A DNA stretch of 63,937 bases, filler included, from Saprolegnia diclina VS20 (GCF_000281045.1; 5 parts of 5 records of this genome joined end to end with filler, not necessarily neighbours in it); one strand, 5' to 3'. Shown: positions 1 to 14,981, counted from the whole stretch's first letter. Made by a program: numbers and translations. Notes: a model not told the origin generated them from the sequence alone.

Positions 1-1693
1 CATCTCATTTCGCGCTACGACACCAGTCGACACCGTTGGAAGTGTGAAATTGGAGGTCGACATCGTAAAAAAGATTTATGACCAAGATATTGTGCAACGG
101 GGCCTTGACGTAGATGAATCGTCCCTTTCACCCTGCATGCCCTGCATGGGATCGCTCCTACGGTGGCCTTGCAAAGTCAGGGTAAGGCACGGCTCGGCCG
201 CGCATCGGTGGGTCACTGATGCTATGCCCAAGGACATACCTAGTTCCTTTTGTTAGTCACTGAAAGTTCCTCTAAGAAGTCCATACCTACCAAATTGGTT
301 AGCAGAACTAGCCAGGGAAGAGCAACAACGGGACGTATGACCAGCATGTGATGTCACCCACGCGATCAACTGCACCACAACTTGGTGCCAGTCGTCGCCA
401 TGTCAAGATATGTCGAGCCGCCTCTTGAAGTCAACGCGTCGATGCTACGACGGCGCATAAGCCACAACGACCTCCGACTGCGGCAGCCCCAAGGTCGCTA
501 CTAGTACGTCGGTGCACCAGCTACACATGGTCAGCTGACGGCGACGCGACCTGACGATGACATGCCAGTCGTCGACAAGTCGGTACCACGGCCAATAACA
601 ATGGTTTCTATGGTCGAGGCGGTTGACGTGTGGCACCAACATGACGGTGCAACGGTCGCCGTCGATCGAGACGGTAAATGCCAGCAACGCCGACCGACGT
701 CGACAACTCGATGCAACGGTTACCTACGGCACCATTCACGGTCAAGATGGTCGCTGGCAAATGTCTACCTGTCGCTAAACTGTTGGTACATCGATACTCG
801 ACTTAGTTGATTCACCGGCCCTTAGATGGCTGTGATGGCTTGAACCCGTCGATATGAATACGAACTCGTATGAGCCGCGATCGGCCGCTAGCAGCATACG
901 TACCAATGGAATACTCCAATATACCATCCAGACCTATACGATGGCGCTCACGGTTGAGATGGTCACCGGTCTACGCCGACAAGCGCTGCAGGCGTCGCTG
1001 AGAACGGCGCTCTCCGTCGATACGATTGACGCTCGACATTGTCACTTCTGGTGGATCACGACGCCTCCCGTCGTCGACATGCTAGCACAACGATGGACAA
1101 TCTGGATTTAGCTGTTACGACTGCCGGCGCTTGCATTAGTGCCGCTGCGATGCTTGACGACACGCGTACCACCGTCCGACACTGGCTACCAAGACGAGCA
1201 TCGGTTGCTGCGGTCACCTGCGATACCATACCAGTGCTCACGACCGCTCGCCCGAGCCAGGGGAAGAGCGGCGGCAGCAAGTATGCAAGGACCGTCGATT
1301 GAAGGCTCCGACAACCTTGTGACCGCCAAGCGACGCTGCCTAGTGTGCCCAAGGTCGTTCTCGACCAAGACAAAACGACCGTGCTCGACTAGGACACGGT
1401 AGTCGACGTCGCCCAAAGGTTCCACACTGCGCGACCATCGGCGACGACACATAAATTTACGCCACGGAGCCCGACGATGCGGCCGCACGGCCAATGACAC
1501 AAAGGCTTTCAACGACACGCCGTGGTACCGTGACACGTGTCGTGAGAACGACGTCACCAACAAGAACCCGTCGAACCGACAATGACGAGACAACCAATTC
1601 CTCCCGGAACGGTTGCGTCTGATGCTCAGCTCCTGGTCCTACGGGTATGTCTCCCTCGCGACAAGAAAGAACATGTCATTCACGCATAAGATC

Positions 1694-3528
1694 TTATTGG
1701 TCCTTCATCTCGTTGCTCGTGCCGTTGATCGTGTACGAGTTCATGTGACGTCGTCGGTACCGTAAAAAGTCGGTAAACATCTCAATGAGGCTTGGCTGGT
1801 CGCTGAGGAACGACAGCACTTCGTGGAGCGGGACAAGCGCTTTCGGGCTGCGAAACGACCGGTAGTGCAACTCGTACAGTGCCGTGAGCTCGTCGTGCAC
1901 TTTGGTCTCGTCGTCAATGGAGCCGCAGTACATGGTGAGCACCTTCTCGATAATACGCGCGGGCACGACGCCTTCGTTGGCATACATGGCAATCAAGTCC
2001 AACACAATGTCCTTCATTGTGCTGCCCGTCGAGTTGCTGTTGGTGATGCGGAGCGCCTTGACCGTGCCGATAATGTCCCGCATGTCGACCACGTCCGTGT
2101 GCGTTGGGTCAAACGATGAGTACATCAGGTTAAAGTTGGGCACGCCAAAGCTCGGGTACTCCTTCATAAAGAGCTCGCGGCCTACAGAGAGAGAAACGTG
2201 ACACGCCACGCGTTTCTCGTTCGTACACTGGTCGCGCGTCATTTCAAACGGGTTGGCCACTGCATGGCGAACGCCCCACTCTGTGATTTTATCGAGAAGC
2301 AGTGCGAGCTCCTGGAGCATCGGGCGGTTGAACACACTGCGTCGAATGCTGTCGATGAGGAAAAAGATCTAGTCGACAAAAAGTGGACAAAGTTGGTCCA
2401 CGTTACGTTGCATAGCGGACGTACGGTCTTCCAGCGCAATTGGTACTTGCTTTGAACGAGCTTGGTTTCGATTGGCGCAATGCGCGGTGGCCCGAGCGAC
2501 TTGATGAGCGTAATCTCGCGCAGTGCCTTGGCCGGCACCTTGTCGTGGTGCACGTTTGGATGCCGCCGTAGCTCGCGCTGCTTTTTGCGCAGCATTTTCT
2601 GCAGGTTCTCGCGGCCAAGGCGGAGCTGCTCCTGGCCTTGCTCCTGCTCTACACGGCGGTCGCTCTATGCTTTACATATGGTCGAGTGTCTACCAAGCTC
2701 GAGTGCCGCCTTGAGCACGTCGACTTGCTTCTCGGTTGCTCTGTCTACGCGCTTGAGATGCTCGTCGGCGAGGACTGGCTCGGTGAGGACGCTCTTCTTG
2801 GGCGAGACGCCCGAGCTTGTCGCGAGGTGCGTGTTGTGAAAGGCGAGCTTGGGGCCGGTCACAAACGCTGCGTCTTCGGGCCACATCGCGGGCGACCCCG
2901 TCAACTTGGGTGCGAATGCATTCTCCGTGTGGAACTTGCCGAGCACTTTGAGCGGCGACGGCGCATTGTACTTGGTCGTCGTCAGTGGCGGCACCGTCCC
3001 CGCGGTTGTTTCCTGTGCGAGCAGTTGGATCGTACCCCGGGCGCCATACCTACGCCCTTAGGTTTCATTGCAATGTCATATCTGCACTCGCTACCGCTTG
3101 GTTTTGGCCGCGAGGTCGCACGTCGGCACATCGGGCACGTTGTTCCGGCCAACGTACCACGGCGTCACGTTCGCTTGCGCGGTTTCTTTGATGGGCGAGA
3201 CGACGACGACCGGCGGTGTCGCCAGAAGACTCGGTGCGCTCGCGCTGGAGCTGTAGCAGTTGTAGCCCTCGCGACTGAGTCGGAGGCGTGACCGCAGCTC
3301 GTGTCGATCTTTTGCAATCGGCGACGGCAAGTACGTCATGCGCTGCTTGAGAAACTTGTCTTCGAACGACACGTTGTACAAATCCGAGATGCGCTTCGAG
3401 TCGCGCGACCGCTGGAGCATCGTCGCGTCGTCTTCGGGGAGACAGATCGTTTCCCGGCACGACCCGTCGAGGATGTGGTCGATGCGCTCGTTCACTGTGA
3501 TCTTGCGACTCCGCACGGGCGGCATCAT
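1694..3528 (-). CDS. Multi-exon hypothetical protein with possible degenerate EF-hand-like C-terminus
   Basis: Consecutive minus ORFs 3091-3528, 2665-2994, 2239-2595 and 1694-2335 are separated by short stretches. One intron (45 nt, GTAGAC...GTGTAG near 2650-2694) joins two frames cleanly; the other junctions were not resolved. No family was recognised. Confidence 0.6.
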
Positions 3529-3908
3529 CGGAACGAGCGCCGGTCGGTCGGTCGACAGCGCAGAGATGGTGAGGCGGTTTCACCAAAAAGGCGCCGGGCC
3601 GTTTCAATACAAGAGACGAGCATGGTGAAGTTGCTACCGTTGGAACCTGCGAGCGCCCCCATTCGTGATGGCAAGTGACCAAAGCTCACGAAACCAAGCG
3701 TGATCGACCCAAGCGCCGGTGCATTGGCCAAGCTGAGGGTGCTATAACGGCGTGTGTGAACTGTTGTATCGTTCTTCTTCCGCCGCCTACCTCTTCCCAA
3801 GAAAGGATCACAGAAAGAGAAGAGTCTCTCCCAACGGGCGGACCGGTTGGTCTGCCTTCCTCAACGGGATTGACCACAAACCAATTGGACGGTCAAGCAT
3901 CAAGCGAC

Positions 3909-6900
3909 ATGGGCACTTCCACGAACCAAAGCCAGGCGAACGACAAGGCGTCGCGTCTCGCGTCGGCACTCTTGACGACGGCAGAAGCACTCCACGAGGT
4001 GCAAGGCGCCTTGCGCATCGAGCCGGACGACAAGGTTTTGGTGGTTGCGCAGCGTTTCAATACCGCTTTGGAGGAGCTTTGCTTGACGCAGTGGACGATC
4101 GACAAGCGCAAGCTTCGCGACAAGAACACTCTATTGACGCGACTGCCCGTGCTGGATGACGTCCTCGCTCAAGCGCATCGCGAGGTGTCGGCGACGGTGG
4201 CGAACTTGACGGACGACGAGGTTGTGGCGCGTGCCAGCGGCGGCGTCATGCTTTCTGGCCACCCGCTTGGCTATTCCAGCCACAGCACGTCGATGCAAAA
4301 GGTGTTGTTGTCGCCGCCGACGCCCTGCGTTCTGACGACCACACCGTCGACACCGGTACTTTTGAGTCACTGGTTTGAGTCTGCGACGACCGCCAATGCG
4401 TTTCGCCAGCGCATTCAGGCGCACGGGTGGTCGTCCGCCGAGACGCCGGCGCCGTTGCCCACGGCGGGCGACGTGACGCGCCTGGTGTATGTGGCCAGCG
4501 CCTACGTCCCAACCGCCACGTTGACGATGGAAATAGATGCGATGCGCCTCTCTTCGGACGCGGAGTGCGATGCACAGTCGATCATCGACGCTGCATCGGC
4601 ACAGGCCTTTCTCATGGCCTACGGGTCGCACGTTCACGGCGGTCGTTTTGAGCTTGGTGGAATCTTTTGGAAAACGACTTCTCTCTCAGTCGATGCTGCG
4701 ATGCCAGTCGACGTGCTGCGACAGGTGCTATCGGAAGCCGAGTTGCGCGACCTCTCGCTCGCGTACAGCGACTTCACTTACGGCGCTGGCGTCGACGTTT
4801 ACACGGCACTGGCGTCGGAACACAAGATGTGCGACATCACAACGCAGCTGGAGTACACAGGACCGATGGCGCCCAGTGCCGACACGTTTGCTGAGCGCCT
4901 GGCCGCGGACAAGACCACGTGGCGCGTGGTGGATCGACCAGCGTCCCTGATTGGTGTCTGGGTCCTCCTCCGAGCGACAGGGCACGCGCTTGCCGCAGAT
5001 CTTGTGCGCACCGCCTGGTTGGAGCTGGTTGTGCCCGGGACAACTCTGGTGCTCGAGGCGGCGGTGCACGCGGCCCGACTCGATCAGTGGCTGCACGATC
5101 CGACATTTGGGAGTGCCACCAAGAACATCGCTCTCCCAACGACCTCCTTTGCGATGCGCGTCGTGCAAGCGCAGGAGCATGTGGCGACCACCGACGATCC
5201 AGACGGCGCGATGCTGCTGGATTTGGTGCTACTATTGCTTCGCTGCGAGATCGAGCTCGGTATGAGCCTTGTCGGCGACCGCTTGCAGGCACCAAGCCTT
5301 ATCACTGCACTGCGCCGCTTTGTTACAGTGCACGACATTGCGACGGTCGCGCGACTGGGCGCTCTTTTTGACGCTGTGCTGGACGCTCGTTTGGCGTCGG
5401 CGTCAGTCGTGCTCGATGCCACGGTTCGCGAGCCGTTGCGCCGTGCGGTAGCACTGGCGACGTTGCGCGATGTGAGTGTCACGTCTCCCGGTACGGTGTG
5501 GCGCAGTCCCACGCTGCACATGGCCGATGTACCGGCGGCCGGCCGCTTGCTTTTGGATACGTTTCAAGCGACTGCCCTGCCCGACATGCAGCTGCTGACG
5601 CGTCGCCTCGGCGCGATGCTGTTTCACAATGGTGTCGAGACCCGCGCGCCGCAGCTCTGGACGATTGCAGTGTCGTATGGTTGCCAGAAGGATGGCTTTG
5701 TGGCGCCACTGTCGCTGGAATGCGTGCGCACGATGCTCGCTGCCATGCAGTCGGCTCTGGACAAGCGTATGGCTATTGCCACTGACAGCTCGGACGACGA
5801 CATACCAGTCGACCGCTTTGCGTCCGTCGATGGTGGCGAACACGACGAGCGCGTGCTGGGCGGGCGTCCGATGCAGGAGTTTCTGACGGTGACGCAGCGC
5901 CCCACGGCGGCGACGCCGCCTACTGACCGCCTCTGGTTTGCGCTGAAACACCGCCTCAATGTCGCCCCGGCGTTGTACCTGTGCGAGGCGACGGGCAAGC
6001 GTCTCACACGTCGGACGCGCGTCGCGAACGGACCCATTGGTATGGATGAGTTGCTGTCGTTGCTGGCGTCGCGGACTCCTGTGGCGCGCGCCGACGTGTA
6101 CCGCCACTTGCTCGACCGACGCTTCCTCGTGCCGTGTGTCTACCCAAGCGTCGACAACGATATGCTGTTCCTCGATGCGATCGGGTTGGAGCTTGTGGAG
6201 ACGCGCCTCGAGCGCGGTGTGACGTCGTCGCTCTTGCGCAACACGGCGGCATTGCGCGTGGCGATCGTCTCGGAACGACCGGCCAAAGCGAGTGCCACGC
6301 GATACTGGATCCAGAACGTTTTCCACGTCAACTCGGTGCAGTGTTTGGACCGGGGGCGCGGGCGCGTCACGGAGCGAGACGGCCTTGTGGAGCTGGGTTG
6401 GGGCTTCGTGCACGATGCGACCGATGCGGCGACCGCCGTGGTGCTGCACGTTGTTGGCGACTACAAGCCGTGGATGCCGCTGCTGGCGGCGTTTGCCGAT
6501 GTACTCTTGATCGACGCGGGACCCGGTGCGGTGCGCGCGACTCCTTTGGCTCACGGTGTTGCGCTGCACTGGCGCCATGTCGACGACGATGACGAACAGC
6601 TCGTGCATGACGAGGCAACGGCGACGGTGACGCTGGCGTGTCCCATGAGTGCTACGTATGCTGTCCTCACCGACTACCTCTTGCACGAGCCGTGGCCGAC
6701 GTCGCGGATTCCGATTGCGATGCTGCCGCTGCCACTACACGTGGGCTGTCTATCGAGCCTTGCGCCGACGGAGGCTATCGACGCGGTGGCAGCCACCGAC
6801 TTTGGCACTTTGCGCACGCATACGCTCCAACTCCAGCGCTCTTTTGTGGAAGAAGTCGCGCTGCGCGTGGCGCTGCAGCGGGAAGCGAGCGTGCCCGAGC

Positions 6901-9900
6901 AGCAGCGTCTCCGCCAGCAAATCGCAGACCACTTCGAACTGCACAAGCCCATGGCCCATCGCGCGCGCCACCTGCCGCTTTTGCGCTACTTTGTGTCGGT
7001 GCTGGAGCAGCCGTCGGCGGCATCTCGCGAACTGCGGCTCGTGGACTTGGACCGCCGCCTCGCACGCAGCTGCGACGGCCTCTCGACGAGCGCGGAGAAA
7101 CGTTACCGCGACGCGGCCGTCGCGCGAAGCAACGACCCTGAAAACCAAGACTCGCGGGCAGCGTACGCCGATGCGCTGCAGCACTGGAGCCTCATGGTGA
7201 CGGGGCTCGAGCACCTCTGGCGCGAGCTTTCGCATGTATTTGCGGCTGCCCCAAATGCGTTGCCCGACTTGGCTGCACTCGCCGCTCAGCACTTGATGGA
7301 CGGCTTTGCGCTCGAGCTCATGGACGGCGATGCGGGCAATGTCAACACGATGTGGATCCGCGCGGTGCTGCAGCGCTTGGAGACAGCGCTGCCCCCTCGT
7401 AGCCGCGTGTTCGTGCTTTCGGTGCTCGGTGTCCAGTCGTCGGGCAAGTCGACGCTGCTTAATGGCATGTTTGGCGTCCGCTTGAAGACGAGCGTCGCTC
7501 GATGCACGCGCGGCGTCAACCTCCAGCTGCTCGCATGCGCCGACGACTACCGCGACCTGTTTGACTACATCTTGCTCTTGGACACGGAAGGCATCCAGTC
7601 GCCCGAGTATGTTGGCGTCGACGGGACGCCGTGGCGTGACAACCGCATGGCGTCGATGGCGATTTTGCCGGCGGACGCGACCATTGTGTTGACGAAAGGC
7701 GAGGCGACCAAGACGATGAACGACATGCTTCCAGTCGTGCTCTCGGTGCTGGCGAATTCGGCGCTCGCGGCGGCATCCGGAGGTCGCCTCGCCACGCAGC
7801 TCTACTTTGCGTTCAATCAAATGGACGTGACGATGACCAGTAGCATGCACTCGAGCCTCGACGCGCTCCTCGACAGTCTGCGCGCCAGTGCCAAGCAGGT
7901 GGCGGTTGTGCGTCAGTCGTCAGCGACGGCGTCGTTTCTCGATACGTTTTGTGCCGACACAGACGTGGTGTTCTTGGGGCTCAACAGTGGCATGAGCGAC
8001 CCGCCGGGCGACACGCCGATTGCCGACTATGGCGAGCGGCTCGTGCAGCTGCGCGACCACATTTTTGCCCAGGCGGCACCGGCCCGTACGTTTGGGGCGC
8101 TCAACGAGACACTGCGGCTTGTCTGGACGTGCCTTGAGAGTGCGAATTTCGAGCTAGATTTTGCCTCGGCCCACGAACGCATGGTGTACGACCGCCTCGT
8201 GCGTTGCATGACGCGGCACACACAAGCCCTTGCAAGCATCTACACGGCGTCGTTTGAGACGGTGCTCCAGCGCATGAGTGCCGACAATGCGACGACGCCG
8301 CACGCTAGCCACTTGAACCACCGTTACGAGGCACTGCTTGAGCAATCGGTGGCGTACGACGTGCGAGCGCTGGACAGCGTCGTGGCCAAAACATTGGCGG
8401 ACAAGGCGTTTGCCAAGTGGGCCACCGCCATGACGGAATCGTGGGCCGACCAGAAGCGCCGCCAGGCAGCGCACTCGACGCGTTTGGTCGTTGCTACGGC
8501 CGAGCAGCTCTTTCAATACGAAGCGTACGCCAAGGCGTACAAGACGGAGCTGCAAGACGCGCTCGTGGCGCATCTGGCGACCGAAGGAGCCGAGGCCACG
8601 CTGGCCGCCTTTGATGCGACCTTTGATGCGGTCGTGTGCCGCGCCGCCGCCAAGCACCCGCCGCTGGCCCCCGACGTCCCACGCCTCGTCTGCACGGCAT
8701 TGCACAACAATCACGTGCTGACGCCGGACGAACTCGCCCTAATCAGTAAACCCAACGACGAAACCAAGATCAAGACGGGGTGGCGCCGGTACATTGATCG
8801 GTGGTTTACAGCCAAAGAGCAGCGAAAGGCCCAGATGATGGACGCCGTGCGCGACTGTGTCTTGCGCTGCATCGCGGACACGGATCGGTACGGCGACGAG
8901 GTCGTTCTCAACTGCGTTTTGGAAGGTATGGCGATGCTGCACTCGCTGCAGTTGCCGCCCGACGACCGACTTACGGGCTTGCGCATGCTCGTATCGATGC
9001 TGACGACGCAGCTCCAAGATCGGCAGGCTCGCTGGGATGCGGTCAACTGCATTGCGGTTAAGTTTGGCGCGTGCAAGCAAGAGATGTGCCAGTTTGCGAC
9101 CAACTTGTGTCGCGGCCAGAGAGCCGCCAGTCTCTTGATCTCGACGCTCGACGAGTAGTTGGTGATGAACCTCGGGGCAGCGTTTGAAGAAGAAGTCGTT
9201 GGCGTTGTTGCCGCGGCACTCAAGCACGCGTACTGGGTCCAAAGCGCCGACGCGATGCAAGCAGCGCTGGACCATTCGCTGCTGATGCTGCTGCGGCAAC
9301 ACGAGGTGCCCGAAGTGCTGCGCTTGCTAAAGGAGCCAACAGAACATGCGACAAACGTGACGACGAACCTCATCCGCGCGCAAGTTCAAAAGAGCTATCT
9401 CACCGTCGCCGCCAAGCTTGTCGCCGCAGTCAAGGAAGGGATTCTGGCCGCTGCCGCCTCAGCGGAAAACGCGGTCGAGTCGCGAAGCACAGCTTTTCTC
9501 CAAGAGTTGTGTCTCGTACTGCAACGCCGTCTCAAGTGCAGCGGCACCAGCGTCCTTGTGACGAGTCTTCCATCCGGGAAGGCAACCGTCTTTGACTGTG
9601 ATGCTCACGGTCCAAGCCTCTTCTCAGTCCATAACGATGGACGCTCCCCGCTCAACGTACCTCAGAGCCTTCTTGCGCGTCTCGAAGAACTGAGTTGTAC
9701 CCTTAGCCCCTCGACAGTGTGGAGCTCGATGATGGCGACGCGGACCCTCGACCTCATTCGCAACGAGGCGTATGGCGCGGTCGACGGCATTGTGCCGCGC
9801 TGTGGCCAGCCATGTCCGTGGTGCAAGTGCCCGTGCACGAAGGCTTTGGGCCACGCGTCCACGGGCAATGCAGACGATCTACTGCACGACACGCCGCACC

Positions 9901-10223
9901 AGCCCGACGGCCTCGTCGGAGTGCGTTACGTTTATTCGAAACGTATCTCGGCGAGAAGCTGTGCGGAAGTAGTTGTTCAAGATTGTGGTATGCGGCATGA
10001 TGATGGGAGCTCGCACCGTTTCCGAGACTTTGAAACCGTCTATCCGGGGTGGGCGCTGCCGCGCGTGACGCAGCGCTTGCCGCTGCGCGAGTACATTTTC
10101 GCGCACTGCCATGACGAGCTCGTCGCATGGCACAACGTGCGCAAGTGCGAGAAGATTCCCGCCTCGTACTTTGCCCACGATCTGTGCGACATTGAACGTA
10201 CGCTTGAACGCTTGATGCAGTAG
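3909..10223 (+). CDS. Very large inducible GTPase (GVIN1/VLIG/URGCP-like) with N-terminal MACPF-like motif and C-terminal Cys/His domain; interrupted by one in-frame TAG at 9156-9158
   Basis: First ATG at 3909 (MGTSTNQS). G1 is VFVLSVLGVQSSGKSTLLNGMFG, G2 RCTRGV, G3 LLLDTEG, followed by DNRMA. YGSHVHGGRFELGGIFW lies near 4620. The second ORF (9159-10223) continues in the same frame and ends in CGQPCPWCKCPC..H..HDTPHQP..YPGW..IPASY, like GVIN1 C-termini. Confidence 0.8.
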
Positions 10224-10420
10224 TACATATGTAGTGTGTGATCTGTCATGATGACGACCACGTAACCGTCGTAAACACGAAACTGCCGTGATGCCTATAT
10301 GCAATGTATATATGAAACTGCTATTATTCATTTCAGTGTGTTTCAGTTAAAAGGACGTGTAGGAATGGAGTGCTCCCTGGAGTCTAGACCATGCACGATA
10401 TGAAGCTAGAATTGAGACGC

Positions 10421-11944
<1,524 letters not shown>

Positions 11945-11970
11945 GGTGTAGGTGGTGGTGAATGGGGCGC

Positions 11971-11990
11971 TGTGAAAACGAAAATGAGCT
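11971..11990 (-). promoter_or_regulatory. Oomycete INR/FPR-like core promoter of MetAP2 paralog A
   Basis: Minus strand reads GCTCATTTTCGTTTTCACA about 30-45 nt upstream of the ATG, matching the oomycete GCTCATTY..NNNWTTY core motif. Confidence 0.55.
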
Positions 11991-13282
11991 GAGCTCGTTG
12001 CTCGCTGTAGCAAGTGGAGCGGCGACCGATCCAGATCGATGAGCAATCCAAGCGGCGTGCATGGTGCCAACCAACATCGGGTGGCGCGAAAACGACCATC
12101 AGTCCTGCGCGCAACCTACATTCTTCCGGGGGTAGGTTTGTTTCGTTCGGGGTTAGGGCAGCTTCGACACCAAAGTTGCGGGCCTGCCAAGTCCAAACCA
12201 CGGAGAAGGACACCCGACACGCCACATTGATGCGGTGCCACCGATGATATGGAAGGCTAGGATGCTTGTTGTGGGATCTGCGAAGCGGCAAAACAAGCTG
12301 CATGGGCATGATACGTCGTCTCTACCGTTCTCTCTACATATCCTGCGCATTCGCGGTACGTAGGATTTGAGTGGTGAGATAGTGCTTTCCAGTGGCAAGC
12401 GAAAATGACTGCATGATGGACGTGTTGACTACCACCAAGAGCTCCAGCTGTGTGGTCTCTCGGACGAGCGCAGAAGGAGATTGCTAGCTTCTACGCAAAC
12501 GGCTTACTACTCGTCGACAATGGTCGCACCGAGCCAATGATATCGTAGCGCATCGTGTCAAACACCAAGGACTAGAGACGGAGCGAATCGAGTACTAGTT
12601 GTGAAAAGTCTAGCCTTGCGATTGAACGTGGACGTTATCAACGCTTTCGCAGCACTGTTGCATGCCCATCGTGTTGTGTTTGCGTACCAAACAACTCGTC
12701 GTGGAGCGCCGTTCTGAGCTAAAGCTGTGGGACTCCTATTGCCCTCATCGCCTGCTTTTTATTCGTCGCACGACTGCGTCGCGACCGCGTTACGACGGCG
12801 TCTCGACGGTCTCACAACTGGATCACAGCTACCTCGCGATTACCGCCCAAGAACCTCCCAAGATTGTCGCGACCTCGTGAGATTTTCGAGACTAACCGTT
12901 CCCGATCCTTCCCTAAACCTTTGGTTTTGCCGAGCCGTCTCAAACTGTTTACTGATGATTTCGTGGCATTTTCCTTGTAAATTTGGGGCCTTTATGCTGC
13001 GTAGATCACGCACCGCACAATGGTCAACGAGCCAAAGCGCTTTGGCTTTCTCTTGACGTTTTCACAGTCCTCATGTATATGCAAACCCAACGAGCCCATC
13101 CGTGCTATCGAATGCGAAAGCATGGGGGGAGTAGCAGAGGAGAGCGTCATCAAATGAACATAATCCTGTGGACCAGAAGCGTAGAAAACCTAGTGTTTTG
13201 TGAATGCCTGCAGACGTTCCGGCGTAAACGGCAAACTTTGGTTATCTCACTGCAAATTGTGTTGTGGACTCTTTCTCAGTGA

Positions 13283-14207
13283 TTACCATTTTTCGTTCCA
13301 CGGACGCAAGTCGACCTCGTGCGTCCACGCCGACTTGTGCTGGTGGTGAATCTGCACGTACGTTTTGGCGATTTCTTCAGGGCGCAACAACCCTAGTCCA
13401 GACCGACACCATGACCACCGACGACAACTTGCCCGCTCGATGGAATACCGTCGACTTGCTGAAATTCCTTGGCCTTGGGAAAGTTTTCGTGGATCCACGG
13501 CGTGTCGATCGCGCCGTCAATCACGATATGGGCGACGTGGATGCCCTTGGGCGAGAGCTCGCGCGCCATGCTCTGCGAAAGCGCACGCAGCGCAAACTTG
13601 GCGCTCGAAAACGCCGAAAAGTGCGCACCACCGCGGACACTGGCCGTCGCCCCTATGGCAAGACGTGGCTACAAGCACCCATATAGGAATCATGCAGGCT
13701 ACCTGTAAAGAGAATCGTGCCACGGCCGCGCGGCAGCATGCGGGCCGCGGCCTCCCGGCCCATGAGAAAGCCCGAGAAGCACGCCATCTCCCACACCTTG
13801 CGGTAGACGCGCGACGTCGTCTCTGCAAGAGGATGATATACATGGGACCGATTTCTCAACGACGACATACCCGTGATGGGGAAGCGAACGTTGGCACCGA
13901 CGTTAAAGACAGCAACTTCGATCGGGCCCAAACGGCTCTCAATGTCCTCGACGAGCGCTTGAACGTTTTCTTCGACACGGCAGTCAACGCCAAAGCCCTC
14001 GGCGGCGAGGCCCTCGGCGGCCATCGTCGCGGCGAGCTCCTTGGCCTTGTCGGCGTCGCGCCGCACACAGCAGGCGGTGAAGCCGTCGCGGGCAAAGGCC
14101 TTGGCAATCTCGGCGCCCGTGCTGTCGCCCGCGCCGACGACGAGCACGCACTTGCGCGCGTCCGTGTGGACACAGCGGGCCACGTGCTGCAGTCGGTTGC
14201 GCCACAT
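13283..14207 (-). CDS. Short-chain dehydrogenase/reductase (classical SDR), about 4 exons
   Basis: VLVVGAGDSTGAEIA, VFNVGAN, YRKVWEMACFSGFL, GTILFT|GATASVRG, FSSAKFALRAL, HVAHIVIDG and C-terminal AWTHEVDLRPWNEKW. The Arg-rich N-terminus may be a mitochondrial presequence. Confidence 0.9.
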
Positions 14208-14829
14208 TCTATTGCGATCTTGGACTGGCGGCCCTGTTGACACGACGGTCGCTGCGATGCCATTGGCCAAAAAGGAGCCAATCCACATCGTTGACGCTGT
14301 CGGCAAGATGCGAATCCGCGCCTGTGCACCGTCCAGTGCGCTCCAGTATGCGCTCCACGGTGGCAGGTCAATGTACAAATCGTCTACTACTCGATAGACA
14401 TGTTGTCCATCGGAGCAGGTGCTCGTCGAATGCTGTTTTGGGCTTGTCATTGTGGCTGGATGACGCCCTGCCACCCCAAACAGGTGAGCACCATCAACAC
14501 GCATCAACACGACGGCTGGGTAGCCTCACTCCACACCCGGGACACGCCTCCAACGCAATTCAAACGTCCGCTTTGTGGATGCGTAGATAGGTACTGGGGT
14601 CGCATTCTACTTCATCGCCGCCAGCAAGCAGCGACTTTCCAGCTGCGCGTCCGAGTACGTCGCAGGTGATTGGCGCGTCGACAGCGTCCTACGCCAGTAT
14701 TGCATTCACTTTGATGTATACAATATTGTCTATCATCGTATACAGGAGACGAGCGTCTCGAGACATCGTGGCGCGCCCCGAACCATGTTGGGTCCGACGT
14801 CGGGCGGAAAATCAGCATTTAGCGCCGTG

Positions 14830-14910
14830 TGATTGGCTGTTTATTGGCCAATGAGACGCCGCAACTGCCAAATCCAGTGCAGATGGGATCGCATGTTCAT
14901 TGGCTCATTG
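14830..14910. promoter_or_regulatory. CCAAT-box cluster in the divergent SDR/MetAP2-B intergenic region
   Basis: TGATTGGCTG, ATTGGCCAAT and CATTGGCT occur within about 80 bp. Confidence 0.4.
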
Positions 14911-14981
14911 CAAGACGGACCTTTTGAGTGGTAAGTGGCGGTGGCAGGCCGCGATGGCTCATGGCGGCGGCTAGGACGAGC

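Noticed and set aside
1..1690. Many short ORFs and GTCGAC-rich sequence
   Set aside because: No coherent protein motif, terminal repeat or splice pattern could be supported; possibly old repeat DNA.
12120..12165. GGGTTAGGG-like tracts (also near 16685, 24700 and 27915) as telomeric repeats
   Set aside because: Only one or two degenerate units each, with no tandem array.
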